Program-made: the position numbers and the translations under genes
From: Psilocybe cubensis
Taxonomy: Eukaryota
Assembly: GCA_017499595.2 (NCBI GenBank)
Contig: CM039002.1
Span: 1,054,001-1,118,000, forward strand
Direction of reading: 5' to 3'
DNA: 64,000 nt
Part shown: positions 28,472 through 39,666 of the stretch, piece by piece
Numbering within the stretch: the first letter of the stretch is position 1
Layout of the letters: each line of letters opens with the position of its first letter
The notes under the pieces: generated by a model
Told to the model about the DNA's origin: nothing
Databases searched by the model: none
What the model saw: the letters and a program-made list of their open reading frames with translations, nothing else

Positions 28472-31400
28472 ATGCATTCATATATCCTGACGAATCTACG
28501 CTTTCTTTTACTACTTCAGTTTACGGTTTCTCAGGTTTGGGGATTCAATGCATCGGCAAGGTAATTTGTCGCCTTCTTAGCCTGTTGAACTGTTCTCATT
28601 CAATACCGCAGATGGGGTCAAGCCGCGGTGGTGATCAATGATGCACTTTACATCTTTGGAGGAAAGACAGACAACTACAACTCATTTTCATATACCTCAG
28701 CACCCAATAACAACGACCTACTATATCTCTCGCTATCCTCTCCATTCGATGCGTCTGCGCCCCCATGGGATCTGGTCAGCAGCTCTACGAACCTGTCCAC
28801 TTCGCAAGGGCCTGCGCTTGCATGGAGCACTCTCTCAGCACTCAATACCTCCACCATTCTACTGTTTGGCGGCCAGCCAGGTCCTAACTCACCCATAGTA
28901 ATCACCGATGCTGCTGATTCTGCGGACCTTTTGGACGTCTTCTCGCGTTTGTCTCCAAACTGGATTATAGAACCTGCATTTTGGTTAAACGAACCTATTC
29001 GCCGTATACGACATTCGACAGTCACAGCTCCGTCTGGTTTGGTGTTCATATTCGGTGGGGAGAAAGCAGATGGGTCAAGGAACGGATTCTCTGATCACTA
29101 TGTATTCGATCCGAATGCTCTGAACTTTACGCTGCTGCCCTTGGATAACGCCCCCCCAGACATATACGGCCACACTTCTATCATCCTCCCTGACGGCAGG
29201 ATACTGGTATTTGGTGGGTTTTGCCAGTCACTGGGAAAGCTACTTCCTTTCTCCACTATATGGATACTCGACACAAAACAGGCCAACTTGACATGGTCCG
29301 TAGTCGAACTTGTTCAGACGGATGTTCCTTCTCCCAGGATGGCATTCGTCGCCGTCTTGATATCCGGAGGGAAGATAATTATACAAGGTGGAAGCGATGC
29401 AAACCTTCAAAACAACTTCTCCGATGGATGGGTTTTGGACACAACTCAGAGTCCTATGACCTGGACGCCCGTGGATGCCTTGTCGCAGTTGGGACCTCGC
29501 CGTGACCATTTCGGAGTGTCTTCCGGAGAACAAGTTATATTCGGCTTCGGTATGTCTTTCTAAACTGTGACATCTATTAAGTGCTCTAATTTCTTGGTCA
29601 TTAGGATACACAAACAATGGGCCAGCCCCTGCTCCTCTGCAGATTTACAATCCCTCCAGTAACAGCTTCACTCCGACTTATACCCCTCCACCAGATAATT
29701 CAGTTACCCAGACATTACCTATACCCAGTCAAACGACCAAGTCAACATCACACACAACGGCTGGGTCAACCACCAATGGTGTGCACCCAACCTCCACATC
29801 AGATCCAAATAACCCAGCTGGAGGCGGCAACGGCGAGCCTAACGATGACACTGGTACAAATCGGACCACTGCTGTTGCTGTCGGCACAGTATTTGCGGTT
29901 ATCGGTGTTCTCCTTATTGGCATTGGATTCGCATACTATGTGCGCAGAAAACACCGGCAGAGGGATGACCGCCAGTTCTTGGCTCTCGGTGGCGACGATG
30001 ACGACGAAAGTGACAGTCCTCATCTTTCTGGTCCGATACCAGTAGTTGGGATGCACCGCGAAATGGGTGAGGTTCGTGGTGCCCGCGGGCTGTTAGGCAG
30101 TCTAGGCATTGCTAGTGCCTTGAGCGCCGCCACCAAGATGCGCAGCATGCGGAATCAACCTCCGCGTCGGGACATGCTGGCAGACGAAGATACGCGAAGT
30201 TTTGGGGAATGGTACAATGCACGGAAGAGAGAAGGCCGAGGGGGGAGTTCGTGGTCTCTGTTGAACATGTTTGGAGGCGGGACGCCCCGTCTGCGCAGTC
30301 GGCAGGCGAGTTCAACCGGAAGAAGCGTGAGGAGCACGCCTTGGGTTGAAAAGCACGATCCATTCTCTGATGGCGCGACGTCGATGAAGGATGAAGAGAC
30401 TGGTTTCATTGGCGCAGCTGCACTGGACCACAGACCTCACACCAGGAGAGAATCAAGTTACGCTAGTTATGCCAGCTCGAGAAGTGGGCCCTATCGGGAT
30501 CCTTTTGCGGACACTATCCAGGAAGAAGCAAGACCTGAATATGCTCCGACCGATCTGGACGAGCAGTATTCAGATTCTATACATGATCATCTCGAGCCTA
30601 CAGTGCGACACGTCGTACCCCCAACTCTTCCTGCGATCCGCACCGTCCTCCCACTATCTCAGCAAATTAACCAAACGTTGAGCCCCCTCTCAGAAAGGAC
30701 TTCACAAAGCAGCTTCCTGCACGCTTCTGGATCTTCGCAAGCCCATTCAAGTGAAAATGTTCCTAGTCCATTTTCAGGAGGTTTTATGTCACAAGCGACG
30801 TCAATGACCTCAATTCATCCAACAACACCCAGTTCACCGAAGACAACATCTATCATTGGTGCCTCCGATCCTTCTCTTCTTCAGACCAATCAACCAATGA
30901 GGAGGAGCGACTCGTGGTGGTCCAGGTTTTCCCGCTCTAGTTTCTTAGAACGCAGATCGAGCAATGCAGGAGCACGAGCATCATACGATATTCGCGATCC
31001 CAATCCTGCTCCGAGACTTGGAGCCATCGAAGAAGGTAGCCTGCACACCGACTCCCGCAGCTCGCCTGGCAGCGCCGATCAGAAGGCATTGGAGGCTGCA
31101 GCCGCTGCAGCCGTCGCTGTAGTAGCGCAGAAGGAGAAGGAGAAATCCGGCTCTGGCTCGCAACGTGAATCAGGTGGACCACATGTGTATGGCGCGGAGG
31201 GGCATGGGAAGTCGATGTCGTCTTTGCGCACGGCGGATTCGGAGGCAATCGAGCGGATGGCGGGGACGATGGATGTGGTGCAGAGGGTCAAGGAGAGGAG
31301 CAAACGTGGCTCTGGAAGCACGAGCTCCACGGGTGGGCTGAGCTTTGACACTCAGGGCACGGTATCGGAGATCGGTGAGGACATGCATATGAGGATGGTC

Positions 31401-31739
31401 ATGTCGCCAGATAGCGATCCTACTGGCCTTGCTGGTGCTGGACCGTCGACTTCGAATGCGATAGCTACGTCGCCTCCGTCGGCATATAAGGATACTTTTG
31501 GTCCTATAGGCCCACTCCATATCGATGGAGGATCGACTCCCCTCTCCCCGAGCAAGGTCTCAGAGCGAGTGCAGGCGTACGAAAGGCGGATGTCACAAGA
31601 TCAACCTACCAGTCCTCTACCCAAGAACTCCAAGCAGAGAGAGGAGCGGCCGAAGAAGAGGGTTGAGGTCGACTATGGCCTTGTTCCCAGGCCTAGTCTG
31701 TTCGTGGCAAACCCTGACCATCGACTAGAATCGTCATAA
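28472..31739 (+). CDS. Type I membrane protein: signal peptide, Kelch-repeat ectodomain, S/T stalk, one TM helix, long disordered cytoplasmic tail
   Basis: MHSYILTNLRFLLLLQFTVSQVWG; repeats LYIFGG, LLFGG, FIFGG, LVFGG, IIQGG; TM VAVGTVFAVIGVLLIGIGFAYYV followed by RRKHR; two introns. Confidence 0.8.
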
Positions 31740-32614
31740 ATCATCTGTATTTTTTCCGATCCCTTGCCTTTCACCACTCCATTCTGGTTTTATTCGACAT
31801 AAACATCAGCATTGTATCGCCTAAATCGTTATTCACGGACATCTAGACTGCTTTCGATTTTCCTGACACTGGCTGGTTGTAAACTAAATTCAAAACTTTG
31901 TACAATTGACGATATCCCTTGCACCTCTATTTCTTTTATTTGTATGTTCCTCTTTGTCTTACTCTTTATTTGTTTTGATTTTGTCACTTCAACTCACCCA
32001 TGACAGCGTTACGACTTTTACGACACCACAGAAACAATTTTATGTGCTACATTATTCATTTTTGCTTGATATGTACCTTGTACTGCCTTCTATCAGCGAT
32101 CACCGTTTGTACGACACTTCGTTGTTGTACTATTTCATGAGCTTGTCGCACAAACATTGTGTTGTAATATACGATTTCAAAAAGTGCGTCTGTGAAGCCA
32201 AGAGTGACTCGGTGAGTACGAACGTATGTCAGTAGAGATGCTATATTCGGGGCGTCTATATTTTAGGCGATGGTGCGCGCCTGTGTCATCGACCAATAGC
32301 GCCTAGACAAAAGCGCCCGCCGTTTCTCGGGCCGCCATTGTTCTAGAAACCCTAAACCCAGCATCAAGTGCTTTCCGGCGGGCACGAGGCCAAATAGTAC
32401 AGCAGACAATGTCAACACATCAACACACTCTTCTTGTCTCTCACCACCATACTCGATAGCACGATTGCGCTTCCATACTCTCCCGCCCTCTCTCTCTGCA
32501 AATTCATGTCGATCCCTTTACCTGTTTTTGCCTGCGTACATATCATATATGACCATTTCATTGATGCACCAGCTCTTTCTTATGAGATGATTTGGAATCT
32601 GTTACCAGAGTTGA

Positions 32615-32681
32615 TGAATTGGAGAGGTCGTGCAGCGCCCGCCCCAAACCTTTGCGGGCGCTGCACGATTTCTCCAATTCA
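32615..32681 (+). other. 28-bp stem / 11-nt loop hairpin (candidate small-RNA precursor)
   Basis: TGAATTGGAGAGGTCGTGCAGCGCCCGC (32615-32642) pairs with GCGGGCGCTGCACGATTTCTCCAATTCA (32654-32681): 26 Watson-Crick plus 2 G-U pairs. Confidence 0.85.
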
Positions 32682-32837
32682 CGCTCCTTTCTGGAATTGG
32701 CTCCAGTTCGATTATGAGTGCCTCAAGATTTTTGAAACCTAAATTATCCTATGCATCATGAAAGTCGTAGCTGCTCAAGGTAGCAGTCGTCAGCAACAAC
32801 ATGGAAGTGCTCAAGCGCTCAAATACTCCAGCTGACT

Positions 32838-34174
32838 GTAAGCATGCATTATCAGTTTTTTTTTGGCCTTTTTGTGTTGTTTCTTTCCTGGAGAGGTTGA
32901 ACTGTTGTTCACCACCACCATCTGCCTCGTCAGCCAGTAACGGCGATGCCGTATGCGACGATTGAGTGCTGAGCAGCTGAACGTTCTGGGGTTCAATGAT
33001 ATCGGCATGAAGCCCAATACTGACTTCTTCCCTTCTATTCCCAGAACGCTGCGGAGCTGCGATACTAGTATCGTTCAAATAGAGGATCAGGTGAGCACGG
33101 GGACCATTGTGGCGCAGAGATGTCCACAAGTTATACTTCGTGGGCGGGAATTGCGTTCTAACTCATCTAAAAGGGTACGTCGTCTGATGGTACTTTTCCT
33201 TCAATTCATTTCGGTCTTCTACCCGTAACAGTCGCATCAAGTTTGAGGCGGTGAGATTGTTTATTTTTTGTAGTGTGCTGACTATGGTCTTCCACTGTAG
33301 GCGAGACAACACTTTGTATGTTTTTCAACGACCGCTGGGCAATTGATGATATTCAATGAGGAGGTGAGTACTTATTGTCGAGCGACGGGGGATAGGAAAC
33401 TAATGCAAACCCCAAATAGAAGAACTCCCCGAACCTTATTCACTGCCCCTTATCTATTCCGACTCTACAATCGATAGGACAGGTATACACGGCACTGCGA
33501 TCAGTTTCTTAGAGCATACTTGACAGCGGCTATTCTTGGTCGATGCAAGAGGACGTGGTAACACATTTCTTTCAATTTTCGAGCTCTAACGTCCTTTCGT
33601 CTGTTGAAGTGCACGCATAGTTTCTGATGATGGCGTCTTGAAGGTAGTAATCTTGTGGGTCTCCTCGTTGGCATCGTCCAAACGAACAGCCGATAGCATA
33701 TCAGGGGAACGTATGCATGGAGTCGTTACGACATCTTTCAAATGGGTTCTCAGAAAGATGAGCACCCAAATACAGATTGTACTATCTTGGACGGACCCCC
33801 TCTTCTCAGGTATGTGACAACAATTTTTTGAATTCTTGTTCTTGACCGAGTAGCACCCTTCATTCAGGACCCCACAAACCATTTGCTATTTCGAAGGCGA
33901 CGGCGCCAGCGGCATATGATGACTCGAAGGCCGCCAATGCGTGCATGCACAAAATTCCACGGTGAGGTGGCTCACGAGACTTTAAATATGGCTAATCCGG
34001 TTCAAAAGCGGCAGAAAAGTGCTTGAGCAGACCAGACGCGGTCGCACACAAAAACTTTTTTGAATCATTAAGCCTCGCGTTTGGCTCGGGGAAGGGAAAG
34101 AATCAGAAGTCCGAAACCAGGTGAGAATATCGAGAGCAGACTTGCCAAAGCTCGCCAGTGAAAAGATCTCACAG
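32838..34174 (+). other. Run of canonical spliceosomal introns with no reconstructable long ORF (spliced lncRNA or decayed gene)
   Basis: Intron-like units of 50-58 nt, most with a CTRAC/CTAAT-type branch site, e.g. 33251-33300, 33364-33419, 33558-33609, 33810-33867, 34121-34174; the spliced frames I tried hit stops. Confidence 0.5.
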
Positions 34175-35721
34175 TGTCGATTGCACGACGGCGCACATTG
34201 GCCATTGAACTCTTTGGATCATCGCGATGCTGGCTCTACCCTGCATGGGGCCACTGGATGAGGAAGAACGGTTGGCTGAGACAAACGGCGGCTTTTTGTG
34301 AGCCGCTCAATCTTTGCCTCTAACCTTGGAAATCCCCGTCAACTACCGTCCAGCGCCTTGAAATGGATCCAGCTGCTGCAATTACATCTATGATCTCGAT
34401 AACCCGTGCGGCTTTTGAGAGTGACTAGATCTAATGACTCTGCTGACTTCTCTCATGGCACTGGAATGTTTTGAATGGCTTGCTTTATTGGATAAAGCGG
34501 TTTTCATACTTAAGAATACACTCTTCGGCCGATCTCTTTGCTTGGCTACACTAAGTGGCGTTTCTTCTCTGAGTTGTTACTCGTATGGGACGGTGCTTAA
34601 CGTTAAGCGTCAACACTACTCGAGTGCTAAAAATAGCATTTAGTCCGAACCCGACAATCCAGTTAGACTTATGGAGGTGGGCGATAGAGACTCCACCCCT
34701 GACCACCGAGTTTTATGTGAGGTATCATTGGACGAGCATCACTATTCTGGCACTAGCAATAACTGTTGCCGATGATGAGGGTGTACTAATCTATTTAAAT
34801 GGTGATCATGATGCTGTCTTGTTTTCAAACTTGACTTCAACTTTCAAGTATTACACCCGTCTCCAAGGAGTGGTTCTGGATCTGTCACCTGTTGAGGATA
34901 TTCGTCCCATAGTCTCGTTTGATCATCCGGAGAAACTGAGATGATAGGTTTGCTCATCCATCTGAGGATTCAACAGAGATGAAAAGTTTGTCAGTTCGTC
35001 AAAATCCCGAGGTTTTCAAAGTTGGAATGGAAATGTACTGGCAATGTGGGTGTAGATAAGTATTGCTGAGAGAACAATGGAAAAGTCGCGTGATGCTGCT
35101 ACGTAGGTCATGATAAACCTGGGAAATGCTCGATGGATTGGTTCTTGTAAAGATACCCCACTTAGTACGTGTTTTGTTGCCCAAGTAAATCTTAACACCC
35201 ATATGTAAACGATATAAATGAGGTGCACCAATCCACGAAAAATTCTACCAGATAAGCAAGTTCGCCGCTTTAGCAGTTCTTGGGAGGCACGCAGTCTTGT
35301 CATTCTTGCCTGTCCTTTGTTTTGGACTCTAAAGAAACGCCAGGCGGATGCTGCGGAGCGGGACAAGCTGAACGTCTCCTAAAGGACTTTGAAACTGCGA
35401 CGGGTCAATATTGCACAGCGCACTCAGAACTGTTGACATGTCAACATCCGTTCTACACTCCTTACTACCATAAAACTTAATAGAAATCCATTTTTTACAT
35501 CGTTCTCAATGTCCAAAACATTCGTACAGTGCGATCCTTCAAGATATTGATGCCCACGTCGAAGTGGAATGTGTTGGACTATCTCTGGGGTGGTAGTCAG
35601 TGTTAAATAAAAAAAAACCACATACACGATATCCATACGTCATTCACATGAACAATACCATAGATAGTCTACGATTCATTCGTTATTATAGTATAAACCA
35701 TACAATGATAGAAAAACTCGC

Positions 35722-35871
35722 CCGTTGCACGACCTTGAAACTGTAGCTGTCGTCTCTATGAAAGACATTCGACCCCATAAAAGTAAAGACTGGCATGACA
35801 TTGTAAAGCACGGATTCGGGAGCAAGGCGTGCCAGATTTGCGATGAGAAGAAGCGCTTGATGGAATGTCTG
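35722..35871 (-). pseudogene. UTP10: Isolated 50-codon fragment of Utp10/HEATR1
   Basis: QTFHQALLLIANLARLAPESVLYNVMPVFTFMGSNVFHRDDSYSFKVVQR resembles the conserved Utp10/HEATR1 block (..FTFMG....DD.YSF.V); no other UTP10 exons seen nearby. Confidence 0.75.
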
Positions 35872-37909
35872 TACTTTGGATAACTGAGTCGGTCTCAACT
35901 CTTCGCTCCCCCCTTCTGCTGCAACGCTGTCCTCCATGTCAGATGAGTGCATTCCGGTGAGCTCACACCGGCCGCCTGCATATAAGCTGGCTGACTGTAT
36001 AACGATAGCATCATGACTGATTCAATACCCTATTGACCTTTTCTCTTTGTTGTGGGCTTATTATATCCTACATGCCACAGTTACCGTATTATCCGGGTAA
36101 AGTCTTCTGAAAGATTCAGCCCCGAATAATTTTATTCAATAACCTCGAGTTCGCAAGGCTGAGGTGGCAAGAAATGCATTCTATCCGTCGGGACGCTGTT
36201 TTGAGTCCATGGACCCATGGAACCCCGATTTTAATCTATTGAGGGAGATTGTTCAGGGTTTGTCTGTCAGGTTCAGGTAAGGTTACTCAATGTTTCCACA
36301 CCATAACAACGTGTACACATGAACACGTCGCAAGATCGCAGGCAATTGAATATCAGTTATCTAGCCATCTCCGCAACAAAATGTGTATTGTTGGCGCATA
36401 GAGGCATATTTTCGAGGCCTAAACGTAAACACATTCATTCGGATACCCGCGAATATGGGCGTGGCATAGTTTCTCCGAGTAACTTTTGCGGCTAGTGGAT
36501 GACGGCACACAGTATAATTGAGAGGAATAAGTAATCCGACGTCTGCTATCTATCTATATCTCACATGAGACTGTCAAATCGTTTATACATTTGTATATCG
36601 GACCTTCCAGTTCGATTGTATATAACTTCATTTATCACATAGCGAAAAACGTCGTCTAAAGATTCTCCGGATGACGCGAAAACAGTGGAGAAAGTTCACT
36701 ACAGAACAGGAATTCTAGGAATGTCATCGTACGTTCGAGTTCTATTGTTTCACTGAGTTAATCTACCATAATATTTCATCGTCCAGATATTTTAAATCAT
36801 GAGATAAGAGTATCAGGAGCCACCAGAGCTACAAGGCAGCCTGGTCGCATTGTTCACCGAGAGGTGCCTGTCACTCGATCAGTGTGGAACTAAAACCATC
36901 CGTCGTTTATTCTCAGCTAACTTATGTGTAGTTATATACGTTTGATTCAAAATAGTCGCCATGTTCCGGGATACGTTCCATTATGTCTTTGTTGTTGATC
37001 AACTACATGCCGAACTTCCAGCATAGTGCTGAGAATCTTGCAAGTACTAAGTGAGGCCACTGGTATGGATTGAATGCAACCGTGGTTTCGTACTTCTCCT
37101 TTTGTGGCTTGGCCCATTCGTATGGGAGCTCCGGTAGGGTAAGGGATATTCGAGCGGCAACATCGAGGACCGAGTGGTGTCGCAAAAACCTTAATCTCAA
37201 AGAGGAATTAACAGAGGCCCCGACCTCGTGCATCCTCCTGCAGGGCTTGGAGACCGAGCTGAAGTCTGAAGGCGGGGAGATAGTGCTGTCTAGATAAGGG
37301 CCCTATTGTTCTTCTGAAATAGAATTCCAATCTGATTATCGCTTTTTCGCACATAAGTTGCAAAGTGTCCCAATGAGGAAGAGAAGTTGATCGCAGGCGC
37401 CCACAACTTTGTGACGGTAACAGTAACGAGTAACGATCAGCGGTGTAGGAAAAAATGCACATGTATTTGTCAGCAAAAGAAAAACAGGGGTGTGAGTGTT
37501 CGGGGTCTTGCCAGGTAATATTTTTCGAGCCATGCGGCCTACTGGCGGCTAGTAGCCAGCGTCTGCCTTACTAGAGGCGCCGGGCACAGCCTGACTGGTG
37601 CAAGGTCATCACGTTCAAGTCTAGCACATCCCATCCCAATATTATACTATCCTATTGTCGTCAGTGCCATCGGCAAATTATTTTATAAAAACGAGCGGGA
37701 CATAGCCTTTGCTTCCCAAACCTATAGATATACAGACTCCCGCTTTTCGCCAGGATATATGTGCTGTGCAGACTTCATTCGGTCCAGTGGATGGTGGAGC
37801 ACTTTCAATGAAATCATTGTACAACCAAGTACCCATCAATTCAATTTGTTAAGTCAAGTATACACAGATATTTCCGACGAGTTAGTATCTCTCATTTGAG
37901 ATGGTGGGC

Positions 37910-38475
37910 TTAGGCAGCGTTGATCTCTTCAATGTATTTCTTAGACTGCTCGTCTCCAGCAGCTTCGAGGATCTGATGTAAAAAAACATAATGAGACAGG
38001 AGGCCAAAAACGATGGCTTCGACCTGCCAACATACCGCGATAAGTTTCTCAACGTATTTTTTGTAAGCCTCCTCCTTGGTAGTACCCTTCACCGAGGTCC
38101 ATGCGTCCCTAGAGCATGAGACGTCAGAAAAAAGGAAAATCATTCCGGACTACGCGGCAACTTGCCATTTGGCCTTGCCTGTAAAATCGAGCATGCCAGG
38201 GCGAGTGGTGGTGTTATCTCCGACTTTAGCTGTTGGAATGTCAGCCACACGTTCCATATGCCACTTCGAACTCTCCACATTACCTTGCTTGAAATACTTG
38301 TAGAACTACCACACCCGAGCGAGAAAGAGCAGATTAGATGTCGAGAAATAGGGGTCTTTTCGATATTTTTGGGAACACTCACGAAAAGCTGGTCATCCTG
38401 GGTAGGTTTGACTGGCCCATCTTTGGGAAGGGAGCCGATGATGGCTACGGCTTTCTCGAACTGGGATTCAGACAT
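37910..38475 (-). CDS. ACB1: Acyl-CoA-binding protein
   Basis: Spliced: [69 protein letters not shown]. Confidence 0.93.
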
Positions 38476-38586
38476 GACGGTAAGATGAAGAGTCGAGTTT
38501 GTGGTAAGATATTTGCCCGCCTGTGATCGTTATCTCGTCACTGTGATTTTCCTTTTTGAGCAATCGGCTCGGGTCATTCCCAGTCT

Positions 38587-38627
38587 TTAGGGGACTTGCT
38601 CTGGGAATCCCAGAGCAAGTCCCCTAA
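38587..38627. repeat. Perfect 20-bp inverted repeat with a 1-nt spacer
   Basis: TTAGGGGACTTGCTCTGGGA-A-TCCCAGAGCAAGTCCCCTAA. Confidence 0.95.
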
Positions 38628-39666
38628 CCGAATGAGTTGCAAAACATAAGTTGGATGAGTCGTACTGCCTCCTAATAAAATTGAATTCTTAAAAAAGGAA
38701 TCTATCGCTCTCGCACTTTCGAATTCCCCAGAGAGACTCCCTTCTCTGGGAAAAGAGAGGCAACGGTCAGGATCATCTTAATCGTAGTATGTCATCCCGT
38801 GCCACCTTAAATAAAGGTCAGAAAAGCATCGCGTCCAAGTTAGTTATGAGAATAGTATGAGTATCAAGCTAGAAGACTCTATGTATAAATCGCCGTTTGA
38901 ATATGACCTTCATGTCCGTAGTGCGTCCAAAAACTTAACCTCATCTTACGTTGCTGGCAGAGTCTATATTTGATTCACGAGAGAATTTCCATGCCATGAC
39001 CCAGTCATCTCAGTCCATAACGCCGATTTCATTTGCTTGTGATGAAAACTGGATGAACACGAAGGCAGCTCATCTGGAAGTGGATATCCCGACTGATTCG
39101 CTGATTGTCAAAGACACCCATTTTGACCCTTTGACCGTGGGGAGCATGGCTGTGTTAAGGTGGAGAGCAGTACCTTCGCATTTAGAGACCCCCGTCAGAA
39201 ATAGTGCTTGCTGCAATGCTGGGTTACACAACACCTAAAAGTCAGTGAACAACACAGGCTTGTGGGGCATGGCATTCAGGAGCCAGGTTCGCTCCGTTGG
39301 GTTGTCACTGTATAACCAAGGTTACATTATCTTCATTTCTGGTTAGAGAGAATCCTAGAAGAACACCAGACGGTGCCCATCTTATCTGTGCTTGGGTTTG
39401 TAGCTGCTAGCAAGGTTACAATTCAAAGTCAAAGGATCGTCTGGTGATGTGCCTGGAGAGGCAGGATAACATAATCATTGCACGTGCGCAAGAATCTGCC
39501 AGTGACCGAATTACGACCAGTGACCAACAGATGGTTGGCCTATAACCTGGTGGCACTTTCTCTTCAAGCTCTGACACGCTCTCAAGGCAAGGGTTACATC
39601 TGCTCTGCTACAAGAGCTTAAACCTGACACCGTGCTGTTGTCCATCGCCTAGTCTCAGCACAGAAC

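Noticed and set aside
32314..32346. GCCCG/CGGGC mini-hairpin followed by CTAG, resembling a Helitron 3' end
   Set aside because: Stem is only 5 bp, CTAG is followed by A rather than T, and no Rep/helicase remnant was seen
34300..35440. Broken protein-like fragments (possible decayed F-box/LRR-type gene)
   Set aside because: No diagnostic motif and multiple stops; cannot assign a family without a search
37003..37533. Short overlapping ORFs downstream of ACB1
   Set aside because: No recognisable homology or consistent splice model
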